64,000 bases of DNA from Cyanophora paradoxa CCMP329 (Eukaryota > Plantae > Glaucophyta): NCBI GenBank assembly GCA_004431415.1, contig QPMI01000436.1, positions 582,298 through 646,297 of the forward strand, written 5' to 3'. This document shows, piece after piece, positions 23,495-35,262 of the stretch. Position numbers and translations under genes: made by a program. Under the pieces are notes generated by a model, which ran no database searches, was not told the DNA's origin, and worked only from the letters and a program-made list of their open reading frames with translations. The stretch's first letter is position 1; each line of letters starts with the position of its first letter.

Positions 23495-26400
23495 CTACTT
23501 GAAGTAGGCGACGGTGAGGCCGCCGCCGCCCTCCTTGGCCACCTCGTAGCGCGCCACCAGCGGGTGCGAACGAAGGAAGTCGTGCACGGCAGCCTTGGGG
23601 GGGGGGGGGGGGGGGGGGGAGGAGGAAGGGGGAGGGAGGGGGGAATCAGGACCGGACTCGGGAAGGCGCATGCCCGGGGGAAGGAGGCCCGGGCCGGGTC
23701 CCACCTTGAGCTGGCCGGTGCCGTGGCCGTGGATGACGTAGACGACGTCGGAGACGGCGTGGGCGCGGTTCAGGCGCCGCTCCAGCTCCGCCTCCGCGTC
23801 GTCCACCCGCATGCCCCGCTGCCGAGGACGAGGACGAGGGGTTAGAGGGTAGGAGGTAGGCAGTGGCAGGCGAAGGCCTAGGGGTGAGTAAGCTATAGGC
23901 TATGTAGATGTATGTCGGCGAGGATGTAGCAGGCGAATTGAAGGGGTAATGTAAGCTTTAGGGGAGGGGGCATGCCTAGATAGTTGATAGGAAGGCGGAT
24001 AGATAGATTAGCTATAGATAGCTATAGATAGAAGAGATTGGAGGGGATGAGACTCTGAGATTGGCAGGCACCAGGTCGGCGGTGTTGGCGTCCATGCGGA
24101 CGGCCACCGGCTTCCGCTTCTAGCTCTTAGGCTTAAGCGAATAATGTAGTAACAAGGCTTCTTCTCTTAGAAGAAGAATAATAGGAGCTTCTAGAATAAT
24201 ATAATATGAGCACCAGGTCGGCGGTGTTAGCGTCCATGCGGACGGTCATCGGCTCCCGCTTCTTCGCGTTCGCGGGGCCCCCGCTCACCGGCGCCGAAGA
24301 GCGCACCTGCGCGTGCGAGCGCCGTCAGAGACCGCCAGCCTGGCCGAGCCCACTGCTTCTAGCTAGATGCTATAGCTGGCGTCAATGCGGCGGGCGGCGG
24401 GCGGCGGGCGGCGGGCAGCCGCAGACTTGGCCGAGCCAAGCCTAGCGCCCAGCTGACTTAGCCGAGCCTAGCTATAGGTGCTAGGGCAGGCCTAGCGTGC
24501 ACGAGCGCCTAGCCTAGCACGCGTGCAGGCCGGGCGCGCCGGGCGCGCCAGGCTGACAAATCTAGTCTACCCGATGAGGGGCGCCGGAGAGAGAGCCTGT
24601 AACCTAGCCCGGCCCCGCTAGCTAAAATAGCCCGCCCCAGGCTTACCGTCACGGATCCCGTCGGCGGCTTGCCCTTTGCCTTGGGGGACGGTGGCGCCGC
24701 CGCCGCGGCCGCGGCCGCCGCCGCGGCCGCCGCGGCCTTGGCCTGCTTCTTGCTGCTCGCGCGGGCCTCCCCCGCGCCACTGCGCACGGCGGGAAATGTG
24801 AGAAAAGCAGAGGCGGGCGGCGCGCCCGCGCTGGAGACCCCCTCTCTCCGGATAACTGCCCCGCCCCCCGCCCCCGAACGGCCCCATGGACCTGCAGCTA
24901 CAGCTCCCAGGGCGTCCCCTCGGAGGGCTTTCAGCTAGCCGGGTACGGGTCCTGGACCGCGCGGATTCGAACCCGGGCTCTGGGACAGGCTAGCCTAAGT
25001 GCGGCAGTGGCGGGCGCCGCGCGCTCAAGAGCGTCGGACGGACCTGGATTCAGGGGCGGGCCCCGGGCTCTCCGCCCCGCACGACCCAGGGGCCTATTTA
25101 TAGCTCCCACGCGCTTCTAGAACACGAGTGGGGCGGACCTGGACTCGGGGGCGGGCCCCGGGCTCTCCGGGGCGACGCCGGCGGGTACGCCGTCCACGCT
25201 GAAGACCTCGTGCAGCGGCACCTGGGGGGGGGGGAGGCAGGAGGTCAGCGTGTACCCCCTCCAGCCCCGGCGCGGCCCCCCCTTTCCCCAACGACTGTAC
25301 CCCCGCCCTGCAGGCCAGTACCCCCGCCGGCCCGTACCCCCCCCCCCCCCCCCCCCCCCGCCCGCACCCCGGCGCACCTTCATCTTCATGAGGCCGACGG
25401 AGACGAGGACCTCGCCCCCGCTGCGAGGGGGCGCCCCCCGGCCCCGGCGGTCAGTCGGCGCAAGAAAGCTGGAGGAAAGGAGCGACGATCTCATAGGCGG
25501 CGAAGGGGGCGCGGGGCGGGGCGCGATCACACACCCCCCACGGATCCTAGGGGATGAGTCTAGATCTAGACGAGGGCCTCGCCCCCGCTGCGAAGGGGCG
25601 CGCCCGGCTCCGGCCCCGGTCAGGGCCTCCGGGGAGCGCAGAGCTGGAAGACAGGATCCTAGGGGTTGAGCCTAGGCTTTCTGAAGAGCGGCAGATCTCA
25701 TATGCGGCGAGAGAGCGCAGAGAGCTGGAAGAAAGCGGCGCTGATCTCATAGGCGGCAGAGAAGATTGCGCAGACCCAGGATCTGGAGAGCGCGGGGCGG
25801 CGCCCTATCGCGGATCCTAGGCCTAGGGCCTAGCCTAGGCTAGGGCTTCTGGAGAGCGAGCCTTCTAGCGGGGCGGGGCGGCTAGAGCCCATCCTAGGGG
25901 GGCCTAGCCTAGGGCTTCCTTCTTGCGGGGCGGGGTGGACGGACGGACCTGGGCTCGGCGGCGATCTCGCCGCCCGACCCGAGGCGCTTGACCGTGACGC
26001 GGTCCCCCACCCGCGGCACGTACAGCTGCGCCCCGCCCCGCGGCCCCCGTCAGCGTTCGGCGTTGGGCGGGAGGAGTGGCTGCCCGAGCTTAAGCAGGCG
26101 GGGAGCGAGGGAGGGGGGAGTGGGCGGGCGGGCGGGCGGATCTATCCTTTCCCCAATCCCGAGGATCTAACCGGCGCTCGGATCGAATCTGCCCCATCTA
26201 ATTTCGTCTCGATCCTCTAATCCACCCGGCGGACCTCGGAGGCCTCGAGCTCGCCCGAGGCGAGGCGCTCCGGCGTGTACTTCGCCGCGATCTCTTCCAC
26301 GCTGAGGCGCGCCCGCTGCGCCGCCCGCCCGCCCTGCCCGCCCCGCGCGTGAGGGGAGGGGCGTGAGAGAGGAAGGTTTTGGGGATTTGAGCAGCACACG

Positions 26401-29400
26401 AGGCGCCACGGCGGGGGAAGGAGGCTTTAGGGGACGCAACCAACGTCTAGGGATTCCAGGGACCAAGCGCGAGAAGCCCAGAGGCAGTATATAACCAGAG
26501 ACAAGCTCCGGCTCTGCTCCGGGGCGGAGCCTGCTGGAGGCCTAGATATATTTAGAATCTAATCATAAATCCGGCACCTGGCCACCCTGCTGGAGGCCGC
26601 GGATGACGGCGGCGATCTCCGCGCGCGCCTCCGCCGCCGCCTCCCCCACCGCCCGCTCCTGCCGCCCCAAGGTCGGACCGAGGCGGGAGAGAATGGCAGA
26701 GGGAAGGCCGAGAACCAGGCGGGCCTCTAGAGCGAGGAGCGCAGGGCGGGTTATGAGCAGGCTTACGCTAGCTTATGAACCTAAGAACTTCGACTAAGAA
26801 CTTCGCAAGCATAAGCTTGCGCAAGCTTGAATCGGCTAATGCGCTTTCTAGCTTTGGCTTCGGCTCAAGGCGGGCGGACCTGGGCCTCGCGGAGCTCGCG
26901 CTCGCGCGCCTCGAGCCGCCGCTGCTTCTCCAGCAGCTGCCGCCGCGCCCCGAGTCAGAATAGCGGGACCGGCAGGCCCAGGGGCGCGGAAATGGAGCGC
27001 GGGGAGGGGGTGGGGGAGAGGGTACGGGGTTGGAAGAGGGGGGTGGGGGTGGGGCGGGTGGAGGGGTTGGAAGGAGGGTGGGGGGTAGGGGATAGGAGAG
27101 ATTGGAAGGAGGGTGGGGGGTAGGGGATGGGTTGGGGGGCGGGAGGTGGGGTGGGGTAAGGGGTGGGGGTGTCGGAAGGAGGGGTAGATGGGGCGGGGGT
27201 GGGAGGGGAGTAGGAGATTGGAAGGACGCGGGGGTGGGGGTTGTAACGAGAGGGGGGGGGGGGGAGGGTGGGAAGGCGGGGGAGGGGGTACGGACCTTCT
27301 GCTGGAGGGCGTCGGCCTCGGCGAGGCGGGCGCGGGCCGCCTCGTTGCGCGCCTCGAGCTCCCGCCGCTCCCGCTCCATCGCCACGATCACCTGGGGGGG
27401 GGGGGGGGGGGGGGGGAGGGGGGAGCGGTGTCAGATGAGCGAGCGCAGCACGCACGCCGCCCTGCTGTGGCCGGGCGAGGGCGGGCGGGCGGATGGATGG
27501 AGGCGAGAGAGGCGGCTCGAGATCTCTGCGGCCCGCAAGCGCTCTCTCTTCTCGTCTAAACGGGCGGCCCCGCTCGAAGCTAGGCTCGCCTCGGCGATCG
27601 TGGCGACCCGGCGGGCGGGGCGGGGCCCCTCACTCCCGTTCCTCCACTAAGAGGGGGAAAGGGACCTCTCCTCCCTTCTCTTCTAAGAAGACCCGCTTGA
27701 AGGTCACTCCCGCCCTTCCCGAAGACCAAAGAACAAAATCCATCGAAGGAACCCAAAGACCGCACCTCGTTCATGTCGACCTGGGGGCGGACGCTCCCCT
27801 CCTCGCCCCCGGCCTCCCCCGCCCCCACCAGCAGGCCCCGCGCCGCCTCCACGATCCCCTGCGAGGCGCAGGCGCGGGCAAGGTCAGGTCTGTAGGCTTA
27901 AAGGCTAGCTGCAGCTGGCCGTTAGCTATAGGGCGGCGTTAGGTTCCCCGGGCCCGTTAAGGTCAGGTTTGTAAGGGCGTTTGTAAGCGAGGCTCGCAAG
28001 GTCAGGTTTGTAATATGAGGGCCCGGCAAGGCCATGCTGGTTCATAAGGTTCGTAAGGCCTAGGTCAAGCAGGTCTCTTCAATTGCAAGGGCGGCGCCCC
28101 CCCTCCCTCCCCCCCCTCCCCTCACCTCCTCCATGCCGAGGCGCTCGGCGATGGCCAGCGCGTTGGAGCGGCCCGGGATGCCCCACAGCAGCCTGCGCGG
28201 GGGAAGGGGGAGGGAGGGGGAGGGGGTCAAAGCTTTCGGAGGGGACCGGAGGAGATCGAAGAGTGGAGGCGAGTGATCGTGAGACAAGGAAGCTTAAGAG
28301 GCCAGCACTCTAATTCAGAGGAGGGCGTTTATGGATCTAAGAGTCAAAGCGAGGGACTGCAGGGAGGGTGAGCGGGCGGGCGGTTGCGGACCGGTAGGTG
28401 GGGCCCAGAGTCGCGTCGTCGAACTCCACGCTCGCGTTCTCGAACCGCGCGTCCTGCGCACGCGGGATGAGAAATTTAAAGCTGAGGGGAGAAGGATAGA
28501 GGGATGGATTCTAATGAATTCTAATGGATGGCCGTAAATTTAAAGGTAATCGCACCTGGTACTTGAGGGTCTTGAGCTCGCCGAAGTGGGTCGTGGCGAG
28601 CGTCACCGCGGCGCGCCCCGCGAGGGCCCGGAGCAGGGCGATGCCGAGCGCCGCGCCCTCCTGCGGGTCCGTCCCGCCCCCGACCTGCCGGAGAGTCAAG
28701 TTTTAATACCATGATACGGTGCAGGTTCCTTTAGATCTTGTCTACAATCGCTGAAATAAAGCTAACGCAATTTCCCCGTTTCTTTCTTAGACGATTTGAG
28801 AGCGAATCCGAGGAGAGTGCGGACCTCGTCGAGGAGGACGAGGGAGGAGGGCCCGGCGCGCGCCAGGATCCGCCGGATCCGCCGCACGTGCCCCGAGAAC
28901 GTCGACAGGCTGCAGCCAGTCACCCGAAAAGGTCAGAGGGAGAACACGCTGTAGGGGGAAGGGTAGGATCCTGGGCCTTTTAGACGACACGACTTCTAGA
29001 CGATCCATAAGCACAATCTAGCTAGATAGTCTCTTAATAACAGCAACGAGGACGCGCCTCTGGACGAGCTTGAGACTTGAGACAAAGTTACGACATGAGT
29101 TTAAGAAATACGATCCGTAAGCTTATAATTAAGCACGATGTAGTATCTATCTTAATAAGATAAAAACAGCAACGAGGACGCGCCTCTGGACGATGGACTG
29201 CTCGTCACCGATGTCCGCGAGGACGGCGTCGAACCTGCGCGCGGGGGGACCCGCGCCCGTCAGAGGGGCGCCCCACGGCCCAGGCCCTAGGGGGGCCCAG
29301 GCGGGCCCAGGCTTCTTCGCCGCGCGAGGGGGACCAGAACCCTTCAGCTCAGCCCTTCAGAGGGGCGCCCCCAGGCCCAGGCCTAGGCCTCCAGCTTAGC

Positions 29401-32400
29401 TTGCCTTGCCCCTAGGCCTAGGCCTAGGCCCAGGCGCAGAGTCTCCAGGCTGGGGCAGGACGGCGTCGGAGCGCGCACCAGGGGAGCTCGGCCGGCTCCT
29501 CGGCAGCGACGAACATCCCCGCCTTCGCCATCAGGCACGCCAGGCCAACCTGCGCGGTCGGAGGGGCGGGGGGCGAGGGGCGGTGTCAGGGCACTGCAGC
29601 TGTAGCTAGATCTAGAGCTTTGTATAGGATCGCGAGGCGGAAAATGTAATTTGCTAGAGAGGCAGTCCAGCCTGGGGTAGCTATATCGAATATTAGGCTG
29701 GGCTGCCTAATATTCGCTCTAAACGGACGGCGCCCACGTGCGTGGCGCACCGTCTTGAGGGAGACGGTCTATCCACCCAAGGTTGGGCTGGCTAATATTC
29801 TAATACTAATACTACTACTAATAGTCTAAATAGGATCGCTGGCTGAAAGGACGTCTTAATAGCTGAGGGCGCACCGTCTTGAGGGCGACGGTCGGTAGCT
29901 AGATCTAGAGCTTTGTATAGGATCGCTTTAAGCTTTAAGCAATATATAGGATCATTTGCTAGAGGCAGTCCAGCCTGGGGTAGCTATATATAGAATAATT
30001 GGGCGCACGGTCTTGAGGGCGACGGTATACACAGGGACCCTACAGCTATACACAGGGACCCTAGGACAGCTGTGTATAGGATCTTCAATGAGCTACCTAG
30101 AGGACCCTAGTCTTTTCTCTTTTCTCAAAAGATCTCTCTAAAAGGACGTCTTAATATATATTAACAGCTGAGGGAGGGCGCACCGTCTTAAGGGCGACGG
30201 TCTTGCCGCCCGTGTTGGGCCCCGTGATGGTCACCACGCGCAGGCCGGGCGCCAGCGCCACGTCGATCGGCACCGGCGCCGGGCCGCCCTGAGACAGAAA
30301 GAGGGTGAGAACGGGCGGCGTCCCCTCTAGCCAAGCGTAGCCGCCCCGGAGAGAGAAAGAGCGCGCGCGGCGCGCGCAGACAGACAGACACGGATCCAGT
30401 CCCAGCCTAGCGTACAACCCCCCCCCCCCCCCCCCCCCCCCCCCGTACCTCTTTCTCGTGCTGCCAGACGAGCAGCGGGTGCCGGCACCGCGTCAGGTAC
30501 AGCCGGCCCGCCCCCTCTGCCGGGCGAGGGAGCTGAGCAATGGAGACGAGCAGGTGCGGGCATTTATGTATGTATGCGCCGCACACACCTCCGGAGGGGG
30601 GCGCGAGGGCCGGGGCGGAGGCGCGGAGCCAGCGGGCGTAGCGAGCGCGCGCCGTGGCGCAGTCGAGCGCCGTAACGATCTCCACGAGCGTCGAGATGTC
30701 GGGCCAGACCTGCGGGGGGAGGGGGGGGGCTCAGGGAGGGGTGGAAGCCTGCTTGGGCTCGCAGTGGCTAACGAGCCAGCGCAAGGGGCGCGGCAGACCT
30801 AAGAGGGGGAGGGGGGGGGAGGGGGCGGATGGCTCGGGTAGAGGTGGGACGAGGGGGCCTGGAGGGCGGCTCGCGCTCTCTAAAGACCCGAGACGGGGCG
30901 GGGGCGGGGGCGGGGCGGGACGAGCTATCGAGCTAACGAGCTAACGCAAGGTTGGCGAGCATAACTCATGGAGACGGGTTCTAAAGACTAAAGACGGGGG
31001 TGGAGAGGGCGGGGGGGTACAGGGCGCGCCTCGCGGACGCGGTCGGAGAGGGCGAGGAGGACCTCGCGGACGGCCTCCTCCTCCGCCCGCGCCAGCTGCC
31101 GCAGCGCGTTGTTCACCGTCACCGCCTGCGCCGGGGGTATGGGTTAGACGGGGGAGGGGGGGTGCGGGCGAGAGAGAGAGAGAGCGAGGCGGGACAGGGC
31201 GAGGCGGAGGAGGAGAGCGAGCCATAGGGCGGGGGGGGGGGGGGGGGGTGAGGCGGGGAGGGGGGTGCGGGCGAGAGAGAGAGAGCGAGGCCGGGGCGGG
31301 CGGCGGCAGTGCGGGCCTGGCGGGGCCTCTAGGGGGTGGGTTGGGTGGGGGGGGGGCGGGGGGGGGGCGGGGGGGTGGACCCAAGCGGGCCTGCTGGGCT
31401 CGACAATGAGGCTGCTAGGGGGTACATCTCCAACGAGGAGGGCCCGAACCCCTTCTAGCCCGGGGGCTCCCGGGGAGGGGGGGTGAGGGCGAGAGAGAGA
31501 GAGAGAGAGCGAAGCGAGAGAGAGCGGGCGGGCCTAAGGGCGGGCCCTCAAGACGGGCCTAGAGGGGCCCCTTCTAGCCCCCCGGGCGGGCCGGGGGGAT
31601 GGGGGGGGGGAGGGGGAGGGGGGGGGCGGGCCTGCTGCGGCTCGACGAAGAGGGTCATGCCCGAGTTGGACACGTCCAGCACGATGCCACCGACCCTGCA
31701 GAGGGGGAGAGTTGGGTTGGGTGGGGTAGAGAGGGTAGGATTGGGGAGGGGGAGGGGGGCGAAGGTGCGGGGGTACGCACGCCTCCTTGGCGACGGCCTT
31801 GATGGGATCACGAAGCGGTCGTTGCGCGTCGTCACGATCGCCTCCTGCGACTTCGTGAGGGGGGGGGGGGGGGGGGGAGGGGTGGGGAGGAGGAGCCAGA
31901 GGGGGGGGGGGCGAAGTGATGGCATAGGAGGAGGGGAAGGGGGGGGGGGTGTAGGGCGGAGGGGGCGCTCAAGCTCTTCGGAGGGAGAGGGTGGGGGGTG
32001 AAGGGAAGGGGAGGGGAGGGGGGGAAGAGTGGGGGTACAGCGGGGCGCGCCTGGAGGGCGTCCTTGTACTTGACGAGGCAGCGCTGCATGATGTCCCGGG
32101 CCTTGCCGTACGCCTCCGCCTAGTTCGGGAAGGAGTTAGATAAGGTTATGAGGCTCAGTTTAGAATGGATGTGTTAGGTCGAGAGTTTCGGAAAGGAGTC
32201 AGAGAGGCTCAGAATGCTCATCCACTCTCTTTCGTTCAGAGTCTCTGTGCTTGGTGATCGGGCACCTTGCGGGCGCGGATCTGGGCCAGCTTCGGGCTCG
32301 CCCGGTCCTCCACCATCCCCTCCGGGTCCAGCGCGTTCTGTACCCCGGGGTTTAGGGGTGGGGGGCAGAGATCGGGGGTACGAAGCGTGCGAGCCTTGAT

Positions 32401-33467
32401 GGTGCGCTCGAGGTCGGGGTGGGTGGTGAGGCCCTCGACGAGGCCAAGGAGCGAGGGGAACGCCCCCTCGGCCCCCTCGATCCCCTCGATCTGGCGCCGC
32501 AGCTGCGCTCGCGCACGCGCGGAGCTCGGCTTGACTTTTGATCTCCGCCAAGGCGGGTTCGAATCCGGGCGGCGGCGGCGGCGGAAGCGCACCGCACGGG
32601 CGCCGGCGAGCGTCGTCGCCACGCCATACAGCTCGCGCCCCGTGAGGACGTACCCCTCGATCCGCACGCGCTGCGGCGGGGGTCGGCGCAAGGCCCCGGG
32701 GGGGGGGGGGGGGGGGGGGGGACGGGGGGTACGTGCCTTGACGGATTCGGCGATGTCGCGTATCCCCTCGTACTTGAGGTCGATGCCCCAGCGGTTCTCG
32801 ATCTCGTACACCTCCCGCGTCTCGCCCAGCAGCCGCTCGCTCTCCTCTGCGCGCGTGCGTCTCGTGAGCTCGAGGCGCAGCGGCGCGGCTGCGGGGCGCG
32901 CGGGCGCTCAAAGAGACCTCGGGTGGCGGCCGGGATGCCGGCGGGGCCCAGGGCGCGGCAGGCCGCGGCGCCGAGCTTCGTCGCCGCGAACGTGGCCAGG
33001 TGCTCGCAGACCTGCGCGCGCGACCGGCCTGAGGCGGCGCGGCGGGGGCGCGCCGTCTCGCGGCGAGGCGCACGCGGGACCACTCGAGCAGCTCCAGCGT
33101 CTCTTCCTGCACGGTCTTCTCGACCGCCGCGGCGCCGTCCGCCGGCGCCTCGCCCGCCTGCGGCACCGCAGACGCGCCTGGGGCGGAGGCGCCTGAGCGC
33201 GCTGCGCTGCGCTGGGCCGGCAGCGCCGAGCGCGTGCGCACGGGATTCGGGTGTGCGGGCCGTGCGGTCAGCGCGCCAGCGGAGGACCGGCCGGGCGATG
33301 CACAGCCGCCAGCCGGTCGCGGGGGCACCGAAGAAGGCCCGCGAGGCGCTCGCCCTCGCCGGTGCCGCGCGCGCCGGCGTCCTCGGCGCGCGCCATGCGG
33401 AATCGGTCCACGGACGCGACGCTAAGCAGCGCCCGATCGCAGGCACGGGGCTCACGAAGGAGCTCAT
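23495..33467 (-). CDS. MUTS2: Plastid-targeted MutS2 (MutS ATPase, coiled coil, KOW, Smr); many introns
   Basis: ETLELLEW N-terminal motif, Walker A TGPNTGGKT, ADIGDEQS, SLSTFSGH, LLDEVGGGTDPQEGAAL, ATTHFGELK, NASVEFD, LLWGIPGRSNALAIAERLG, Smr HGHGTG. N-terminal transit-peptide-like MSSFVSPVP. Confidence 0.95.
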
Positions 33468-34079
33468 TGCAAATTGCGGATCCGCCGGATCGTCTGTCGG
33501 GGGTACGCGATGCTACTGTTTCCTGTACCCGGCGCTTGGGGCCGCAAGCTGCAGAAGCTGGATGGTCGGTTCCGGATTCACCGCGCATGCAGCTGCAGCC
33601 GCAGGCCTGCAGCTGCAGCAGAAGAGCTGCGCGATATAAGCCGCCTTCGACCGCCCCGCTCGAGCTCTTGATCGAAGGGCGCGCCCGCACGCGCGCAAAG
33701 CGTCATTCGATGGACGCCACGCGCTAGCGACTTTGCGCCCCGACGTCGACGGAGTGGCTCGTAGACGCGGCAGAGAGAGCGGATCGAGGCAGCCGCCGCC
33801 GGCCAGCCGATCGGGTTCCCGGCGGGACGGCCGCGGCCGCGGGAGCCAGTTCCCCAGCACGTTCGAGCTCCGATACGCGATCCGGCTGGCAAAGCGCGCT
33901 CTTTGGCGAACGATGTCGGCTGTGAATCCGGATCCCGCGATTTCGAACATGTACAGCGGGAGGAGTTGCGCGACGCATATGCAAGCTTAAGCGTCAGCGT
34001 AATTTTTATAAAACTAATGTGCACAACGTTAGGGAGCCGATCTGGCGTCGCTAACCGCGCATCCCCCGCGCAGATTAGA

Positions 34080-34400
34080 ATGGTGGGAGGTCCGTCGGAG
34101 GTGCTGCCATTCGATGGCGGCCCGGCCCACGGCCGGGTGCCTGTACACGTGCACGTCAAAGCGGAGCGGGCGTACACGCTCCGAGTGCTGGACGCGGAGA
34201 TGCAAACGCGCGCCGAGTCGCGCCGCGCGAGCACGCCCACGGCCGCACTGGTCGTCCGGAGGCCGGGGCGCGTCGCGGTCGTCGAGATCGGCGCCTGGGG
34301 CGACGGAGACGGGTCCGGAGGCCCGGGCTCGTTCCAGGGCGCCGACGCGTCGAGCCTGGGCGTCGCGATCGGTCTCGCCGTCTACAACGCCCCGCGGGTC
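34080..34400 (+). CDS. Probable exon of a hypothetical protein divergent from MutS2
   Basis: Plausible codon-biased segment (MVGGPSEVLPFDGG...LAVYNAPR) ending at a GT donor. It may belong to the downstream gene. Confidence 0.35.
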
Positions 34401-35262
34401 CGCTATATATAATATATACGACACTCCGGTCGCCGACGCCGGCCCCGCCCCCCCGGATCCGGATCCCTGCGCGTGCAGCCGCAGTCGGCGGCGCTGACGC
34501 GTGCCCGCCGCATGCGCAGACTGCGCCGAGCGTGACGCTGCGGCTCACCATCGCCGACGACGGCGACGCTGTCGAAGCGATGAAGTGCGCTGCGCCGCGG
34601 GCCGCGCGCGCCGCCGCCGCGGGCCTTCAGGCGTTCCGCGCGCCGAGGTCCTCGCGATCGCAGGTTCTCGCTGCTGCAGCTGGAGCCCCCGCAGGAGCCG
34701 TGGCGCGATGTAGCGCTCCGCGGCTTCTGGGTGAGCCGTCAGGCCTAGGCCTAGGCTTCTGGGGCGGGTAGCTCTGCGCCCTAAGCCTAGGCCGCGCAGG
34801 TGGAGAGCGGGGAGCCGCTGCCCGGACCCCCGGCGCTGCGGCTGCGAGTGGAGGCGGACCCTGGGACCCTGGGCTCCGGCAAGCGCGCCCTCTCCGCCAC
34901 CGAGCTGCGAGAAGGGGCCTTCGAGCGCGTGCGCATGCGCGCACTTAGGCGTGAGCGAGAGAACGGGGCCGGGGACGCCGCCACTCCTAGAACCAAAGCT
35001 CGCCTAGCGCCCCCACCACACCCGCGAGCTCGAGGGGCCTAGTTCTCCGCCTCCATCCTACCGCCCTCTCCGCCACCGAACTACGAGAAGGGGCTAGCGC
35101 TTTCGAGCGCGTGCGCGCGTACACGTACCCCGCCCCCGTTCCAGATCTGTTTCCTTTCCTTTTCCGCCCCTCGCGCCCCCTTTTCTCCCCCTTTCTCCTG
35201 TCGATCGAAGTCCGAAGCAAAGGCCGCCCCGCCCCGCCCCGCCCCGCCCCGCCCCGGCCGCA

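Noticed and set aside
23495-33467. Bacterial contamination as the source of MutS2
   Set aside because: The gene has many spliceosomal introns and a transit peptide.
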